64,000 nt of DNA from Acidobacteriota bacterium (lineage in GTDB: Bacteria > Acidobacteriota > UBA6911 > RPQK01 > JAJDTT01), in assembly GCA_965209055.1 (NCBI GenBank), contig OZ242374.1, forward strand, positions 4,448,001-4,512,000, read 5' to 3'. Positions 1 to 10,588 of this stretch are shown piece by piece; the stretch's first letter is position 1; every line of letters starts with the position of its first letter. The translations under genes were made by a program, and so were the position numbers. A model generated the notes under the pieces. The model was given only the letters and a program-made list of their open reading frames with translations. It ran no database searches and was not told the DNA's origin.

Positions 1-761
1 GCCGCCTCATCACTGAGGATGTCCCCGAACAGATTCGTGGAAAGAAGCACGTCGAAATGCCTGGGCCGCGAGATCAACTGCATGGAACAGTTGTCCACCA
101 GCATGTGCTCCAAATCCACATCCGGGTAGTCGTTTGCGACCTCCTCCACCACCGTGCGCCAGAGCAGCGAGCTCTCCATGACGTTGGACTTGTCCACGCT
201 GGTGACGAGGCGGCGCCGTTCCCGGGCCAGTTGAAAGGCGGCCCGGGCGATCCGTTCGATCTCGTAGTCGTGGTAGATCTCCATGTTGTAGGCGCACCGG
301 ACGCCCGAACGCCGCTCGCTGCCCCGTGGCTCACCGAAATAGATCCCGCCCGTCAGTTCTCGAACGATCATGATGTCGACGTCTTCGATGATCGATTTCT
401 TGAACGGCGAAGTATCCAGGAGAGACGGATGGGTCTTGACGGGCCGTAGATTGGTGAACAGCCCCAACTCCTTGCGCAGTCGAAGCAGAGCCTGTTCGGG
501 ACGCATCGGGGCGGGATTGGAGTCGAACCGGGAATCTCCCGCCGCCCCGACCAGTACGGCATCCGCTTCCCTGCAGGCAGCGAGAACAAAATCGGGCAGA
601 GGGTCCCCGTAGCGCTCCAGGGCGGTTCCTCCGGCCGGAAAGGTGCGAATATCCAGTTGCAGACCGTGGTTGCGTCCACACCACTCCAGGACGTCGACGG
701 CCGCGGCGATCACCTCCGGACCGATGCCGTCCCCCGGCAGCACGGCGATCACGTGGGTCAT
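1..761 (-). CDS. leuB: 3-isopropylmalate dehydrogenase (partial; runs off the left edge)
   Basis: Manual translation from ATG at 761 gives MTHVIAVLPGDGIGPEV...PEQALLRLRKELGLFTNLRP...IVRELTGGIYFG...VDKSNV...NLFGDILSDEAA, the typical IPMDH motifs. Absent from the ORF track because there is no stop in the window. Confidence 0.92.
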   Translation of the reverse strand, partial: MTHVIAVLPGDGIGPEVIAAAVDVLEWCGRNHGLQLDIRTFPAGGTALERYGDPLPDFVLAACREADAVLVGAAGDSRFDSNPAPMRPEQALLRLRKELGLFTNLRPVKTHPSLLDTSPFKKSIIEDVDIMIVRELTGGIYFGEPRGSERRSGVRCAYNMEIYHDYEIERIARAAFQLARERRRLVTSVDKSNVMESSLLWRTVVEEVANDYPDVDLEHMLVDNCSMQLISRPRHFDVLLSTNLFGDILSDEA

Positions 762-856
762 GAGTCATCCCCTCCCGGTGGTTCCCTCCGAACGGTGGGA
801 GCCTACCACAGCCCCCGCGGCCAACGCCCCGGAAGCCCGACTCCCATCCGGCGGGC

Positions 857-865
857 TGCTATACT
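857..865 (+). promoter_or_regulatory. Putative extended -10 promoter (TGcTATACT) for the DtxR/MntR gene
   Basis: TGCTATACT about 77 bp upstream of ATG 942, in a divergent intergenic region. Confidence 0.5.
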
Positions 866-941
866 GTGACGCCGCCGGCCGGATTTCCCGCTCCGGCCGG
901 CATCGATCGGCAACAGCGACGCAGCCGGACAGGCCAGGATC

Positions 942-1616
942 ATGGCAGCCAAGACGACACCGGTGATCAGCCGTGCAATGGAAGATTACCTCAAGGCCAT
1001 CTACGAGTTGGCCGCCGGAGACTCGCTGGTCACGACCTCCAGGGTCGCCGCCGCCATGTCATGCCGGCCGGCCAGCGTGACCAACATGGTCCAGCGCCTT
1101 TCCGACCTGAAGCTGGTGGAATACCAGCGCTACAAGGGAGTCCGCCTGACTCCGGCCGGAACCCGGATCGCGCTCGAGATCATCCGGCACCACCGGCTGC
1201 TGGAACTGTACCTGTCCGAGGTCCTGGGCTACACCTGGGACAAGGTGCACGAGGAAGCGGATCTCCTGGAACACGTCATTTCCGAGGAGTTCGAAGAGAA
1301 GATCGACCAGGCGCTCGGATATCCCCGGAAGGATCCCCACGGCGATCCCATTCCAACCAAGAAAGGCGAGATCGATCTGGAACGGGTGGGAAGGCTCTGG
1401 GACATGGTCGCCGGCCAGGAGACCCGGGTGCGGAGGGTCAGCGACAAGGACCCCAATGTCCTGCGCCACCTGGCCTCCATCGGCATCTTCCCCGACGTCA
1501 AGCTGGACCTGGTGAGACGTGACCCTTTCAACGGACCCGTCTACGTCCGGGTCAATGGAGTCGAGCACGGACTCAGCGAGGAACTGGCCCGCCAGATCTT
1601 CGTCAGCCTGCCATGA
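942..1616 (+). CDS. DtxR/MntR family metal-dependent transcriptional repressor with C-terminal FeoA/SH3 domain
   Basis: MEDYLKAIY, RHHRLLELYL, HEEADLLEH and DPHGDPIP motifs. Confidence 0.93.
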   Translation: MAAKTTPVISRAMEDYLKAIYELAAGDSLVTTSRVAAAMSCRPASVTNMVQRLSDLKLVEYQRYKGVRLTPAGTRIALEIIRHHRLLELYLSEVLGYTWDKVHEEADLLEHVISEEFEEKIDQALGYPRKDPHGDPIPTKKGEIDLERVGRLWDMVAGQETRVRRVSDKDPNVLRHLASIGIFPDVKLDLVRRDPFNGPVYVRVNGVEHGLSEELARQIFVSLP

Positions 1617-3172
1617 GGGTGCCGCTCACTCCCCTGCGGTTTCTCTACCGCGCCAGGGACCAATTCGGTTCCAAAGCCGGCATCGTCGACGCCGGGCGAA
1701 GCTGGACCTACCGCGAGTTTTCCCGGCGCTGCCATCGCTTGGCCGCCATCCTCTCCTCCTGGCGGCTCCCCGCCGGCTCCCGGGTCGCTCTCCTCTCATA
1801 CAACCAGCACCCGCTCCTGGAAGCCTATTACGGAGTCCCCCTGGCCGGCTGCATCCTCCTCCCTCTGAACACCCGTCTCCGGGCCGCCGACTTCCGCCAC
1901 ATCCTCAACGACGCGGGGGCGCGGGTCCTCATCTTCCATCCTGACTTTCTCCCCGTCGTGGAGGAGATTCGCCGCGACCTCCACGGCGTTCGGCGTTTCC
2001 TGCTCCTGGAGCCCGGTCCGTCCCTCGACTGGGTCGAGCCCGGCTCCTACCGGCGCCTGATGGAAACCGGCGAGTGCGCGCCGGACCGGGACATTGCCGG
2101 AGTCGACGAAGAGGACGTCGCCGAGTTGTTCTACACCTCGGGCACGACGGCTCTTCCCAAGGGGGTCATGCTCACCCATCGCAACCTCTACCTTCATGCG
2201 CTGGAGGTGTCCCTGGCATTGGGTATCCGGGAAGAGGACACCCAACTGCACACCATCCCCCTGTTCCACGTGAACGGTTGGGGGACGCCCCAGTTCCTGA
2301 CCTGTCTGGGAGGACGGCACGTCCTCATGAAGCGCTTCCATCCCGGCGACGCGTACCGCCTGATCCAGGAACATGGCGTCACGTTCTTTTTCCTGGTGCC
2401 GACCATGGCCATTTCGCTCCTGAACCATTCCGAACGGGATCGGTTCGACACCTCTTCGGTCCGGTTGATCAACCTGGGGGGAGCAGCCGCCAATCCCCGG
2501 CTCGTGGAGCAATTGGAAGCGGCCTTCGACTGCCGGTGCGTCGCCGGCTATGGCCTCACGGAATGCTCTCCCGTGGTGACGCTCTCGTTTCCCAAGAGCC
2601 ATCTCGCGGTCCAGGGCGAGCGCCGCCTGGCCGTCCAGTCCATGACCGGCTACCCCATTCCCGGCGTGGAACTGGCGCTGCTGGACGGGCAGGGCCGTTC
2701 CCTTCCCTGGAACGGCAGCGATCTAGGGGAAATCGCCATCCGGGGCGACGGCGTCATGAAGGGCTATTGGGGACAGGCGGAGACGGAGGCGGCGGCCGGG
2801 AACTGGTTGCGGACCGGCGACCTGGCCACCATCGACCCGGACGGCTACGTTCAGATCGTCGATCGAAAGAAGGACATCATCGTCAGCGGCGGCGAGAACA
2901 TCTCCAGCCTGGAGGTGGAACGGGTGCTTCTGTCCCATCCCGGCGTCCTGGAATGCGCCGTGATACCGGTTTCCGACGATCACTGGGGAGAGATTCCCAA
3001 GGCGGTGGTCGTCCCCAGAACGCCGGACTGTGTCACCCCGAAGGAACTCGTCTCCTATTGCCGGCGCCGGCTGGCCTCCTTCAAGGTCCCCCGGATCGTC
3101 GAACTCGTGTCCGGCCTGCCCAAGGGAGGGACCGGCAAGATACTGAAGCGGGAACTCAGAAAGCGCGGCTGA
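1613..3172 (+). CDS. Long-chain fatty-acid--CoA ligase (AMP-binding enzyme)
   Basis: YTSGTTALPKG, GYGLTE, RTGDL, DRKKDIIVSGGENI and LPKGGTGKILK motifs. ATGA overlap with the upstream gene. Confidence 0.92.
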   Translation: MRVPLTPLRFLYRARDQFGSKAGIVDAGRSWTYREFSRRCHRLAAILSSWRLPAGSRVALLSYNQHPLLEAYYGVPLAGCILLPLNTRLRAADFRHILNDAGARVLIFHPDFLPVVEEIRRDLHGVRRFLLLEPGPSLDWVEPGSYRRLMETGECAPDRDIAGVDEEDVAELFYTSGTTALPKGVMLTHRNLYLHALEVSLALGIREEDTQLHTIPLFHVNGWGTPQFLTCLGGRHVLMKRFHPGDAYRLIQEHGVTFFFLVPTMAISLLNHSERDRFDTSSVRLINLGGAAANPRLVEQLEAAFDCRCVAGYGLTECSPVVTLSFPKSHLAVQGERRLAVQSMTGYPIPGVELALLDGQGRSLPWNGSDLGEIAIRGDGVMKGYWGQAETEAAAGNWLRTGDLATIDPDGYVQIVDRKKDIIVSGGENISSLEVERVLLSHPGVLECAVIPVSDDHWGEIPKAVVVPRTPDCVTPKELVSYCRRRLASFKVPRIVELVSGLPKGGTGKILKRELRKRG

Positions 3173-3216
3173 AACCGCCGGTTCCGTGCTACGGAAGGTT
3201 CGAACGGACGGACCGG

Positions 3217-4140
3217 TCAGTCCGAATGGGCCAGATTCTCCAGATACTTCTCGGCGTCGATGGCCGCCCGGCAACCCGCCCCGGCGGCGGTGACCGCCTG
3301 GCGGTAGACGTGGTCGTGAATGTCACCGGCGGCGAAGACCCCCTCGACGCTGGTCCGGGAGCCGCCATGGACGGAGATGTAGCCGCCGTGGGTCTTCACT
3401 TTGTCTCGGAAAGCCTGGGAGTTGGGCGTGTGCCCGATGGCGACGAACACTCCTTCCATTGGGATCTGACTCTCCTCGCCGGTCTTCACGTTGCGGAGCC
3501 GGATCGCCTCGACCCGTTTCTTTCCCGGGTCCAGGATATCGGTCACGACCGTGTCCCAGATAAAATTGATCTTGGGATGGCTCAGGGCGCGGGCCGCCAT
3601 GATCTTGGAGGCCCTCAACTCGTCCCGACGGTGGATAACGGTGACGCTGGCGGCAAACTTGGTGAGGAAGAGAGACTCCTCCATGGCGCTGTCGCCCCCG
3701 CCGACGACGGCGACGCGCTGGTCCCTGAAGAAGAATCCGTCGCAGGTCGCGCAGGTGGAGACGCCGTACCCGATGAGCTGTTTCTCCGACTCCAGTCCCA
3801 TGAGCCGGGCCGACGCGCCCGAGGCGATGATCAAGGAGAGGGCCCGGTAGCTGGACGCTTCCGTCCGGACCGTGAAGGGATGGTTCAAATCCGCTTCGAC
3901 CACCGTCTCCATCCGGTATTCGGCCCCGAAGCGCTGGGCCTGTTCCTTCATTCTCTGGACCAGCTCCGGACCGTCGATCCCATCGGGAAAACCAGGGTAG
4001 TTCTCGACCAGGGTGGTCAGGGAGAGCTGTCCGCCCGGCTCGTGTCCTTCGAGGACGAGCGGATTCAGATTGGCCCTGGCGGCGTAAATGGCGGCCGTGG
4101 AACCGGCGCAGCCTGAACCCAGAATGATCACCTTGTACAC
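3217..4140 (-). CDS. trxB: Thioredoxin-disulfide reductase
   Basis: GSGCAG, CATCDG, GGGDSAMEE, HRRDELRA and VFAAGD motifs. GTG start. Confidence 0.95.
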   Translation of the reverse strand: MYKVIILGSGCAGSTAAIYAARANLNPLVLEGHEPGGQLSLTTLVENYPGFPDGIDGPELVQRMKEQAQRFGAEYRMETVVEADLNHPFTVRTEASSYRALSLIIASGASARLMGLESEKQLIGYGVSTCATCDGFFFRDQRVAVVGGGDSAMEESLFLTKFAASVTVIHRRDELRASKIMAARALSHPKINFIWDTVVTDILDPGKKRVEAIRLRNVKTGEESQIPMEGVFVAIGHTPNSQAFRDKVKTHGGYISVHGGSRTSVEGVFAAGDIHDHVYRQAVTAAGAGCRAAIDAEKYLENLAHSD

Positions 4141-4332
4141 GGAATCGCCCCTCTCTCGTTTATCCGGCGAACTTGCCCATCTTCAGCCCCATACCCCTGC
4201 GCCCGTCCGCTGAAACGGGACACCTGCTTCAGCGCGGGGTACGATAAGGTAACGGATGGCGCCACGGCTTGGCAACGGACCGCCGGACCGGGAGCCCGGT
4301 TGCGCCGTGTCCGAGTCAGGGAGAATGAGTCG

Positions 4333-5424
4333 ATGCTCGATCAAGACTGGCTGATTCCACTCAGGACGGTCTGGCAGTCTCTGGTCCAACTGTCGTTGGA
4401 GCGAATCTTGTGGGCGCTCCTGATCGCCGTGGCCGGCCTGTTGTCGGCCCGCCTGGTGGACAAGTTGGTCAGCACGCTGCTCTACCGGTTGACGCGGCGG
4501 ACCAAGACCGAGCTGGACGATCTCATCATCGATCAACTCCACCGCCCCGTCATGCGGAGCACGGTTCTCATCGGCTTCTACGTTGCCCTCAAAGTGTCCG
4601 GCTTGCACGACCAGGTGGTGAATCTCCTGGCTCACTTGATCCAGACCCTGATCGTCCTGATCTGGCTGTTTGCCGCGATGCCCCTTGCCGGAATCGTCTT
4701 CCGCTGGATGAGCCAGCATGAAACCCGGTTTCGGGCCGTTCAACCGGCCAGCCTCCCCCTGTTTTCCATCGGAAGCAAGGTCGCGCTCGTCAGCGCCGCC
4801 GTCTACGTGGGCATGCTGACCTGGGAAATCGACATCGCGGCCTGGGTGGCTTCAGCCGGAATCATGGGCCTCGCCGTCGGTTTTGCCGCCCGGGACACCC
4901 TGGCCAACCTGTTTGCGGGCGTCTCCATTCTCGCCGACGCTCCCTACAAGATCGGCGACTACATCGTGCTCACCGACGGCAACAAACGGGGTATGGTGAC
5001 GCATATCGGACTCCGCAGCACCCGCATATTGACGCGTGACGACATCGAAATCACCATTCCCAACGCGGCCATCGCCAATTCGACGCTGGTCAACGAGAGC
5101 GGCGGACCCGCGATTCACCAGCGAGTCCGTCTCCGGCTCAACGTCGCCTATGGATCGGACGTGGACCAAGTGCGCGACCTGCTCCTGGCCGTGGCGCGGG
5201 AGGAACCCATGGTCCGGCCCGAACCCGCGCCGCGCGTGCGGTTCCGCCAGTTCGGAGATTCGGGACTGATTTTCGAGCTGCTCTGCTGGATTGCGGAAGC
5301 GGAGTTGCGGGGCAGGGCCATCGACGCCCTTCACACCCGGGCCTACAAGTCCCTGGGCGACGCGGGAATCGAAATTCCGTTTCCCCAGCAGGACATCCAT
5401 ATCCGGCAGGCGCCGAAAGGGTAG
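4333..5424 (+). CDS. MscS family small-conductance mechanosensitive channel
   Basis: N-terminal TM helices, GLAVGFAARDTLANLFAG, IGLRSTRI, IPNA and GIEIPFPQ. Start placed at ATG 4333. Confidence 0.92.
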   Translation: MLDQDWLIPLRTVWQSLVQLSLERILWALLIAVAGLLSARLVDKLVSTLLYRLTRRTKTELDDLIIDQLHRPVMRSTVLIGFYVALKVSGLHDQVVNLLAHLIQTLIVLIWLFAAMPLAGIVFRWMSQHETRFRAVQPASLPLFSIGSKVALVSAAVYVGMLTWEIDIAAWVASAGIMGLAVGFAARDTLANLFAGVSILADAPYKIGDYIVLTDGNKRGMVTHIGLRSTRILTRDDIEITIPNAAIANSTLVNESGGPAIHQRVRLRLNVAYGSDVDQVRDLLLAVAREEPMVRPEPAPRVRFRQFGDSGLIFELLCWIAEAELRGRAIDALHTRAYKSLGDAGIEIPFPQQDIHIRQAPKG

Positions 5425-5520
5425 CTGGAAAATCGGCGCCACCACCAGCGACCTGCTTCGGCGGGACGGAAGAGGGCGGCTACAAGGGCCCCTCCGAAGC
5501 AATATATCGCGCCCAGCGGG

Positions 5521-6564
5521 TCAGATCGCATCGAACTCGGCCAGTTTGACGGGCCGCCCCTCCCGGGCCGACCGGTCGGCCGCGAACACCACCTTGTGGC
5601 TCTCCCAAGCCTCGCGGACCCCGGTCAAAGGCATGGCGCGGCCCTCTCGAACGCTGTCCACGAAGGCCTGGAACTGGGGTTCGTACGGATGGTGGCTCAC
5701 GTCTCCCGAATCGATCAACTGGGTTTCCAGAGTGCTCCAGGCCTCCTTGCTCAACCCTTTTAATTTGGCACTGTAGATCCGGTTGTCCAGCAGGCTGCCT
5801 TCGCTCCCCACCAGGTGGATATGGAAGTAGTACGGCTGGAGGCAATCCACCACCGAGGCGACCTTGCCCAACCGGCCGTCCTCGAACTTGAGGAGGGTGA
5901 CGCTGGTAGTGTCGTACTCGTAGGGAGAGAAAATGGAGTTGGAGGATCGATTTCCGTGGGACACCACCTCCTCGACGCGGCCCCCCATGAACATCAGCAG
6001 TCCGTCCAAGGCGTGGCAGCCGGCCGTGAGCAGGCTGCTTCCCGCGTACCTCTTCTTGACGTTCCACTCGAACTGCCCATACCAAGGTCCGATGCCGTGA
6101 TAGTAGTCCACCTCCGCGTAGTGGATCCGGCCCAGGAGGCCTTCCGAAATACAGGACTGAATCATGGTGAAGTGCTCGCTGAAACGGCACTCGAAACAGA
6201 CACAGACCCCGACGCCGGCTTCTTCGACGGCCCGCTTCATGGCCGCAAGATCCTCGACCGTCAGACAGAGGGGTTTCTCGATGATGAGGTGCTTGCCGGC
6301 CCGGGCCGCCGCGATGGACTGCTCGGCGTGCAGATGATGCGGGGTGCAGATGTCCACGACGTCGATTTCAGGATCGGCCAACATCTCCTCGTAGCTGCCG
6401 TAGGCCTTCAGCGGGACGCCGTACGTGGCCTCCAGTTCCGACTCGTCCAGCCGGCGCCTGGAGGAGACGCCGCCGACACGCGCCCCCGAGACGGTCTTGA
6501 AGGTTTCGATGTGGGCTCCCGCGACCCAGCCCAGTCCCACGATTCCGACGTTCAATTCGCTCAT
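5521..6564 (-). CDS. Gfo/Idh/MocA family oxidoreductase
   Basis: [18 protein letters not shown] and KHLIIEKP. Start MSELNV after a GGAG-type RBS. Confidence 0.9.
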   Translation of the reverse strand: MSELNVGIVGLGWVAGAHIETFKTVSGARVGGVSSRRRLDESELEATYGVPLKAYGSYEEMLADPEIDVVDICTPHHLHAEQSIAAARAGKHLIIEKPLCLTVEDLAAMKRAVEEAGVGVCVCFECRFSEHFTMIQSCISEGLLGRIHYAEVDYYHGIGPWYGQFEWNVKKRYAGSSLLTAGCHALDGLLMFMGGRVEEVVSHGNRSSNSIFSPYEYDTTSVTLLKFEDGRLGKVASVVDCLQPYYFHIHLVGSEGSLLDNRIYSAKLKGLSKEAWSTLETQLIDSGDVSHHPYEPQFQAFVDSVREGRAMPLTGVREAWESHKVVFAADRSAREGRPVKLAEFDAI

Positions 6565-6669
6565 TTTCACTCCCTCCCGGTCTGATGGGATCGAACCCGC
6601 TCCGCTGACGGCCGGTCCCTGCAAGTCCTGAGCCCCAGGGCACAAGAGATTGGACGATATCTGCTATAT

Positions 6670-7515
6670 TTGGTTCTCAAACAGGAAAAAACAACCGGAA
6701 AACGTTACAAAACACTCCCCGATAGCGGAACTGTGGAGACGCGGAAGTCCACCCTTCAGACGACGACACCGGGAATCGTCACCCGGTCCCGCCCACAATC
6801 CGCCATCCGCTCAGCCGGGATCGGCCTCCTGCCCGTCCTGGGCATCCTGGCCGGTCTGACCGCACTGGCACTCGCCGGCCTGTACGTCAACGACCGCTTC
6901 CAGACTCTGGAGGAGCGGATATCCGTGAATCGGGAGTACCTTCACGCCGAGCGGGAGGAATTGAAGCGTCTCAGTTCACGGTTGCTGGGCCTCAGCGGCG
7001 ACTCCCAACGATTGGAGGGGGAGCTGGAAAAGGAGGACCAGAAGCTGCGGAACGCCGTCAGGTCCAGCTTCCAGCAGGCTCGGAAGAGAATCGAGGAAAG
7101 CCGCGGGGACATCGAGAAGCTGAGCGGCGCCCTGGAGGCTCTCGCCGGCACCGTGGAACAACTGAACCAGAGCCATCTGGAGACCGCGGACCGGTCCCAG
7201 GCCCGGCACACGGAGACGGAGAAGAGTACGGAGTCCAACCGGGTGGCCGTTGAGAATCTCCGGTCCCGAGTGTCCCGGATCCAAGGACAATTGGGGTCCC
7301 ACCTGGAACGGCTGAACGGGCTGGGCAAGACCTTGGAGGGACTGGCCACCCAGGTACAGTCGGTCGAAGAAGCCGGCAAGAGTACCGTGGTTTCGCTGGA
7401 ATCCAACCTGCAGGCCCTGTCGGAACGGGTCAGCCTGGCCCTCAGCGACGTTCGGGCTCGCCTGGACGACCTGTCCGCCCGGTTGGACCGGCAGGGCGGC
7501 CAGGAGGCCTTTTAG
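6670..7515 (+). CDS. Hypothetical membrane-anchored coiled-coil protein
   Basis: One hydrophobic helix (LLPVLGILAGLTALALAGLYV) followed by a heptad-rich L/E/R region. Start uncertain. Confidence 0.7.
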   Translation: MVLKQEKTTGKRYKTLPDSGTVETRKSTLQTTTPGIVTRSRPQSAIRSAGIGLLPVLGILAGLTALALAGLYVNDRFQTLEERISVNREYLHAEREELKRLSSRLLGLSGDSQRLEGELEKEDQKLRNAVRSSFQQARKRIEESRGDIEKLSGALEALAGTVEQLNQSHLETADRSQARHTETEKSTESNRVAVENLRSRVSRIQGQLGSHLERLNGLGKTLEGLATQVQSVEEAGKSTVVSLESNLQALSERVSLALSDVRARLDDLSARLDRQGGQEAF

Positions 7516-7527
7516 CCCCTTTCCAGG

Positions 7528-8670
7528 TCAGTCGACCGTCACCCACTCCAAGTTCCGCGCGGAATCGAGAACCGCCTCCTGGGTTTTCTGGGTGGCCAGC
7601 GCCTCCCGGAAGCTGGGGTGGGTCCCCTCACCCGATTCCAACCCCTTCAAGAAATCGGCCAACGCGTTGATGAAGGTGTGCTCATAGCCGATCACGCAAC
7701 CCGGAACCCACCAATTCTTCATGTAGGGGTGCTCGAACGCCGTCACCATGATGGTGCGCCAACCCTGGAGGTGAGACGGGTCGTCGTGGTTGAAGTACTG
7801 CAACTGGTGCATGTTCTCCAGGTCGAAGTAGAGCGATCCCTTCTCTCCGTTGACCTCGAACGAGTTCTTGTTCTTTCGTCCGCGAGCGTAGCGGGTGGCC
7901 TCGAAGGTTCCGTTGGACCCGTTTGAAAAGCGGGCCATGAAGGTGCAGACGTCGTCGATCTCCACCGCCTTCCGCTCCGTCGGGCTTCCCTGCACCGGCC
8001 GCTCCTTGACGAAGATCTCCGTCATCCCGGACACCGATTCGATGGGGCCGTTGAGCCAGATCGCCGTGTCGATGCTGTGGCTCGCCAGATCGCCCGAGAC
8101 TCCTGCGCCGGCCACCTCCTTCTCCAGGCGCCAGAGCGTGGGACCGCCCAGCGGAACGTCCGCCGAAATGGTCCAGTCCTGCAGGTAGGTGGACCGGTAG
8201 TGGAAAATCCGTCCCAGCCGGCCTTCATCAATCATCTGACGGGCCAGGGAGATGGCCGGAACCCTGCGATAGTTGAACCAGACCATGTTGGCGACCCCCG
8301 CCGCCTCCACGGCCTCCGCCATCTGGACCGCCTCATCCACATCGATGGCCAGCGGTTTTTCGCACAGCACCATCTTGCCCCGGCTCGCGGCGGCCAGAGC
8401 GATCTCATGGTGGGTGTTGTTGGGGCTGCAGATGTCGATGACGTCGATGTCGTCCCGCTCCACCAGGCGCCGCCAGTCCGTCTCCGTCGATTCCCAGCCC
8501 CAATTGCGGGCGAAGGGCTCCAACTTGTCCGAATTCCGGGCCGCCACCGCCTTGAGCACGGGGGCATGGTCCAGCTCGAAGAATTGGCTGACCTTCCGGT
8601 AAGCGTTGGAGTGGGCCCGGCCCATGAAGCCGTAGCCGATCATCCCTACGTTCAGCGTCTTTTTTGCCAT
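7528..8670 (-). CDS. Gfo/Idh/MocA family oxidoreductase
   Basis: VGMIGYGFMGRAHS, VLCEKP, FNYRRVPA and YLQDW. Confidence 0.92.
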   Translation of the reverse strand: MAKKTLNVGMIGYGFMGRAHSNAYRKVSQFFELDHAPVLKAVAARNSDKLEPFARNWGWESTETDWRRLVERDDIDVIDICSPNNTHHEIALAAASRGKMVLCEKPLAIDVDEAVQMAEAVEAAGVANMVWFNYRRVPAISLARQMIDEGRLGRIFHYRSTYLQDWTISADVPLGGPTLWRLEKEVAGAGVSGDLASHSIDTAIWLNGPIESVSGMTEIFVKERPVQGSPTERKAVEIDDVCTFMARFSNGSNGTFEATRYARGRKNKNSFEVNGEKGSLYFDLENMHQLQYFNHDDPSHLQGWRTIMVTAFEHPYMKNWWVPGCVIGYEHTFINALADFLKGLESGEGTHPSFREALATQKTQEAVLDSARNLEWVTVD

Positions 8671-8856
8671 GACCTCTCTCCGGGTCTGCCGAGGCCGGCT
8701 CCCTCGTCCCACCGATTTGACGAGCCGATTTCCTCAATCCGTCGTGTAGAGAGAGTACGCCCGCACCGATCCTGCCCGCAAGCCCGCCCGGGTGGCGGCA
8801 CGGGGCCGCCGGGTGGGATAATCGGGACCGTCCCCGGTCTGGGAGATCTGGCGAAC

Positions 8857-9699
8857 ATGCGCGTGGGAATGAATCTGCTCCTCTGGACCACCGAAGTCGG
8901 GCCGTCCCACCGGGACCTCCTCAGGCAAATTCGCGGCTGGGGGTTCGACGGCGTCGAGATTCCCATTTTTTCGCCCCACCCACAGCGTGCACGGGAACTC
9001 GGCCTGCTTCTGGACGACCTGGGATTGGAGCGAACGGCCGTCACCGTCGTTCCGCCGGACGCCAATCCCATACACCAGGATCCATCCGTGCGGGCCAACG
9101 CCCTGGAGTACCTGAAGTCGGTGGTGGAGGCCTGCCATCTGGCCGGGGTCCGTCTCCTCGCAGGCCCGCTTCACTCCCCCGTCGGTCTCCTGGCGGGGCG
9201 GAGCCGCACCCGGGAGGAGTGGCAATGGGCTTTGGAAATCCTGCAACAGACGGCGGATCTGGCTCGATCCAGCCGGATCACGCTGGCGCTGGAATTCCTG
9301 AACCGGTTCGAGTCCTATTTTCTGAACTGCGCAAAGGATACGGTCGAGTTCACCACTCAGGCCGGTCGGCCCAATCTGGGGATTCTGTACGACACCTACC
9401 ACGCCCACCTGGAGGAGAAGAACGTCTCCGCGGCGATTCGCAACTGTGCAGGCGCACTTCGGCACGTCCACGTCAGCGAGAACGACCGGGCGACTCCCGG
9501 AGAGGGTCAGGTCCGCTGGAGCGAGACCTTCGACACTCTCAAGGACGTCGGCTATTCGGGCTGGATGGTCATCGAGGCCTTCGGACAGGCGATGCCGGAA
9601 CTGGCCGCCGCGACCTGCATCTGGCGGCGCATGTTCCCGACCGAAGAGCACCTGGCGCGGAATGGCCTGGAATGGATCCGCTCCAACTGGGACTGCTAG
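8857..9699 (+). CDS. Sugar phosphate isomerase/epimerase (D-tagatose/D-psicose 3-epimerase-like TIM barrel)
   Basis: GFDGVEIP, EFLNRFE, DTYHAHLEE, HVHVSENDRATPG and IEAF. The 5' extension in the ORF track overlaps the divergent gene. Confidence 0.9.
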   Translation: MRVGMNLLLWTTEVGPSHRDLLRQIRGWGFDGVEIPIFSPHPQRARELGLLLDDLGLERTAVTVVPPDANPIHQDPSVRANALEYLKSVVEACHLAGVRLLAGPLHSPVGLLAGRSRTREEWQWALEILQQTADLARSSRITLALEFLNRFESYFLNCAKDTVEFTTQAGRPNLGILYDTYHAHLEEKNVSAAIRNCAGALRHVHVSENDRATPGEGQVRWSETFDTLKDVGYSGWMVIEAFGQAMPELAAATCIWRRMFPTEEHLARNGLEWIRSNWDC

Positions 9700-9833
9700 C
9701 CCGCATTTCTCACCAGGCCGCTTTGCGTATGATGAAAAAGAGCGTGTGTTGGAGCATTTACGAGATTGTTTCCGAGTGTTCTCCGGGACACCCTGCGCTG
9801 GGCGCTCGCTCGCTGGTGAGAAATGCGGGCTAG
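9696..9833. mobile_element. MITE (~134 bp excluding one CTAG) with perfect terminal inverted repeats and CTAG target duplication
   Basis: gctagcccgcatttctcaccag (9695-9716) is the exact reverse complement of ctggtgagaaatgcgggctagc (9813-9834). The interior is non-coding and AT-richer. Confidence 0.85.
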
Positions 9834-10588
9834 CCGTCCCGGAAACGATCGGCCGTGTCCTGCGGCTCGAATCCCAGGTCCCTCCGGGCGTTTTCCAGTG
9901 ACCGGTAGTTCCACTGGTTGTCGGACACCACATAGTAGATCCCGAACTTCAGGGCCCCGGGCGCATCGATGCAGCGGCGGATCATCTGGGCGATGTCCGC
10001 GTGACTGCACCAGACCGAGAAATCCCGAACCTCGTTGGGACGGTCGTTCCAATGGACGCGGCCGATGCGGAGACAGATCATGGACAGGCCCCACCGGTCG
10101 GAGAAGAAGCGGGCCAAGGTTTCACCGAACTGCTTGCTGCACCCGTAGAGGCCGTTGGCCCGGATCAACGAGGTGTCCAGCAAGTCCCAGTGGGTCACCT
10201 CTCCGTATCGTCCTTCGACCAGGGCATCGTAGGGCGCATGGCGCTCCCACTCGCTGACGGCGGCCCCGCTGCTGGCGAATATGACCCTTTCCACACCGGC
10301 CGCCCGGGCCGCTTCGAACACGTTGTAGGTGCCGACGATGTTGTGCGGAAGCACGTCCTCCCAGGTGGGGTCCCCCTGGGCCATGGCGGCCAGGTGGACG
10401 ACGGTTTCCACTCCCTCGAAGGCCGGCCGGATGGCATCCAGATCCGCAATGTCCGCCTGGAGGCAGGAGAGCCCCTCCACCGGGCGCCGATTCAATGCGC
10501 TCAGCTCGTACAAATCTCCCATCTCCCGCCGGCAGACCTGCCCGATGAGTCCGCTCATGCCCGTAATCAACACTTTCTTCTTGGCCAT
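9830..10588 (-). CDS. NAD-dependent epimerase/dehydratase family protein (uronate dehydrogenase-like SDR)
   Basis: VLITGMSGLIG, HLAA, FASS, YGCSK and CLRIG. Confidence 0.88.
   Translation of the reverse strand: MAKKKVLITGMSGLIGQVCRREMGDLYELSALNRRPVEGLSCLQADIADLDAIRPAFEGVETVVHLAAMAQGDPTWEDVLPHNIVGTYNVFEAARAAGVERVIFASSGAAVSEWERHAPYDALVEGRYGEVTHWDLLDTSLIRANGLYGCSKQFGETLARFFSDRWGLSMICLRIGRVHWNDRPNEVRDFSVWCSHADIAQMIRRCIDAPGALKFGIYYVVSDNQWNYRSLENARRDLGFEPQDTADRFRDG

Noticed and set aside
2074-4116. Long alternative-frame or antisense ORFs (e.g. 2074-4116, 23290-24582, 26161-27267, 37918-39342, 41737-42999, 52218-53459)
   Set aside because: Shadow ORFs expected at high GC. They overlap well-supported genes and have no recognisable motifs.
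5454-5501. tgcttcgg...ccgaagca inverted repeat between convergent genes
   Set aside because: Only 8 bp and single-copy here. Probably an ordinary terminator or a degenerate REP.
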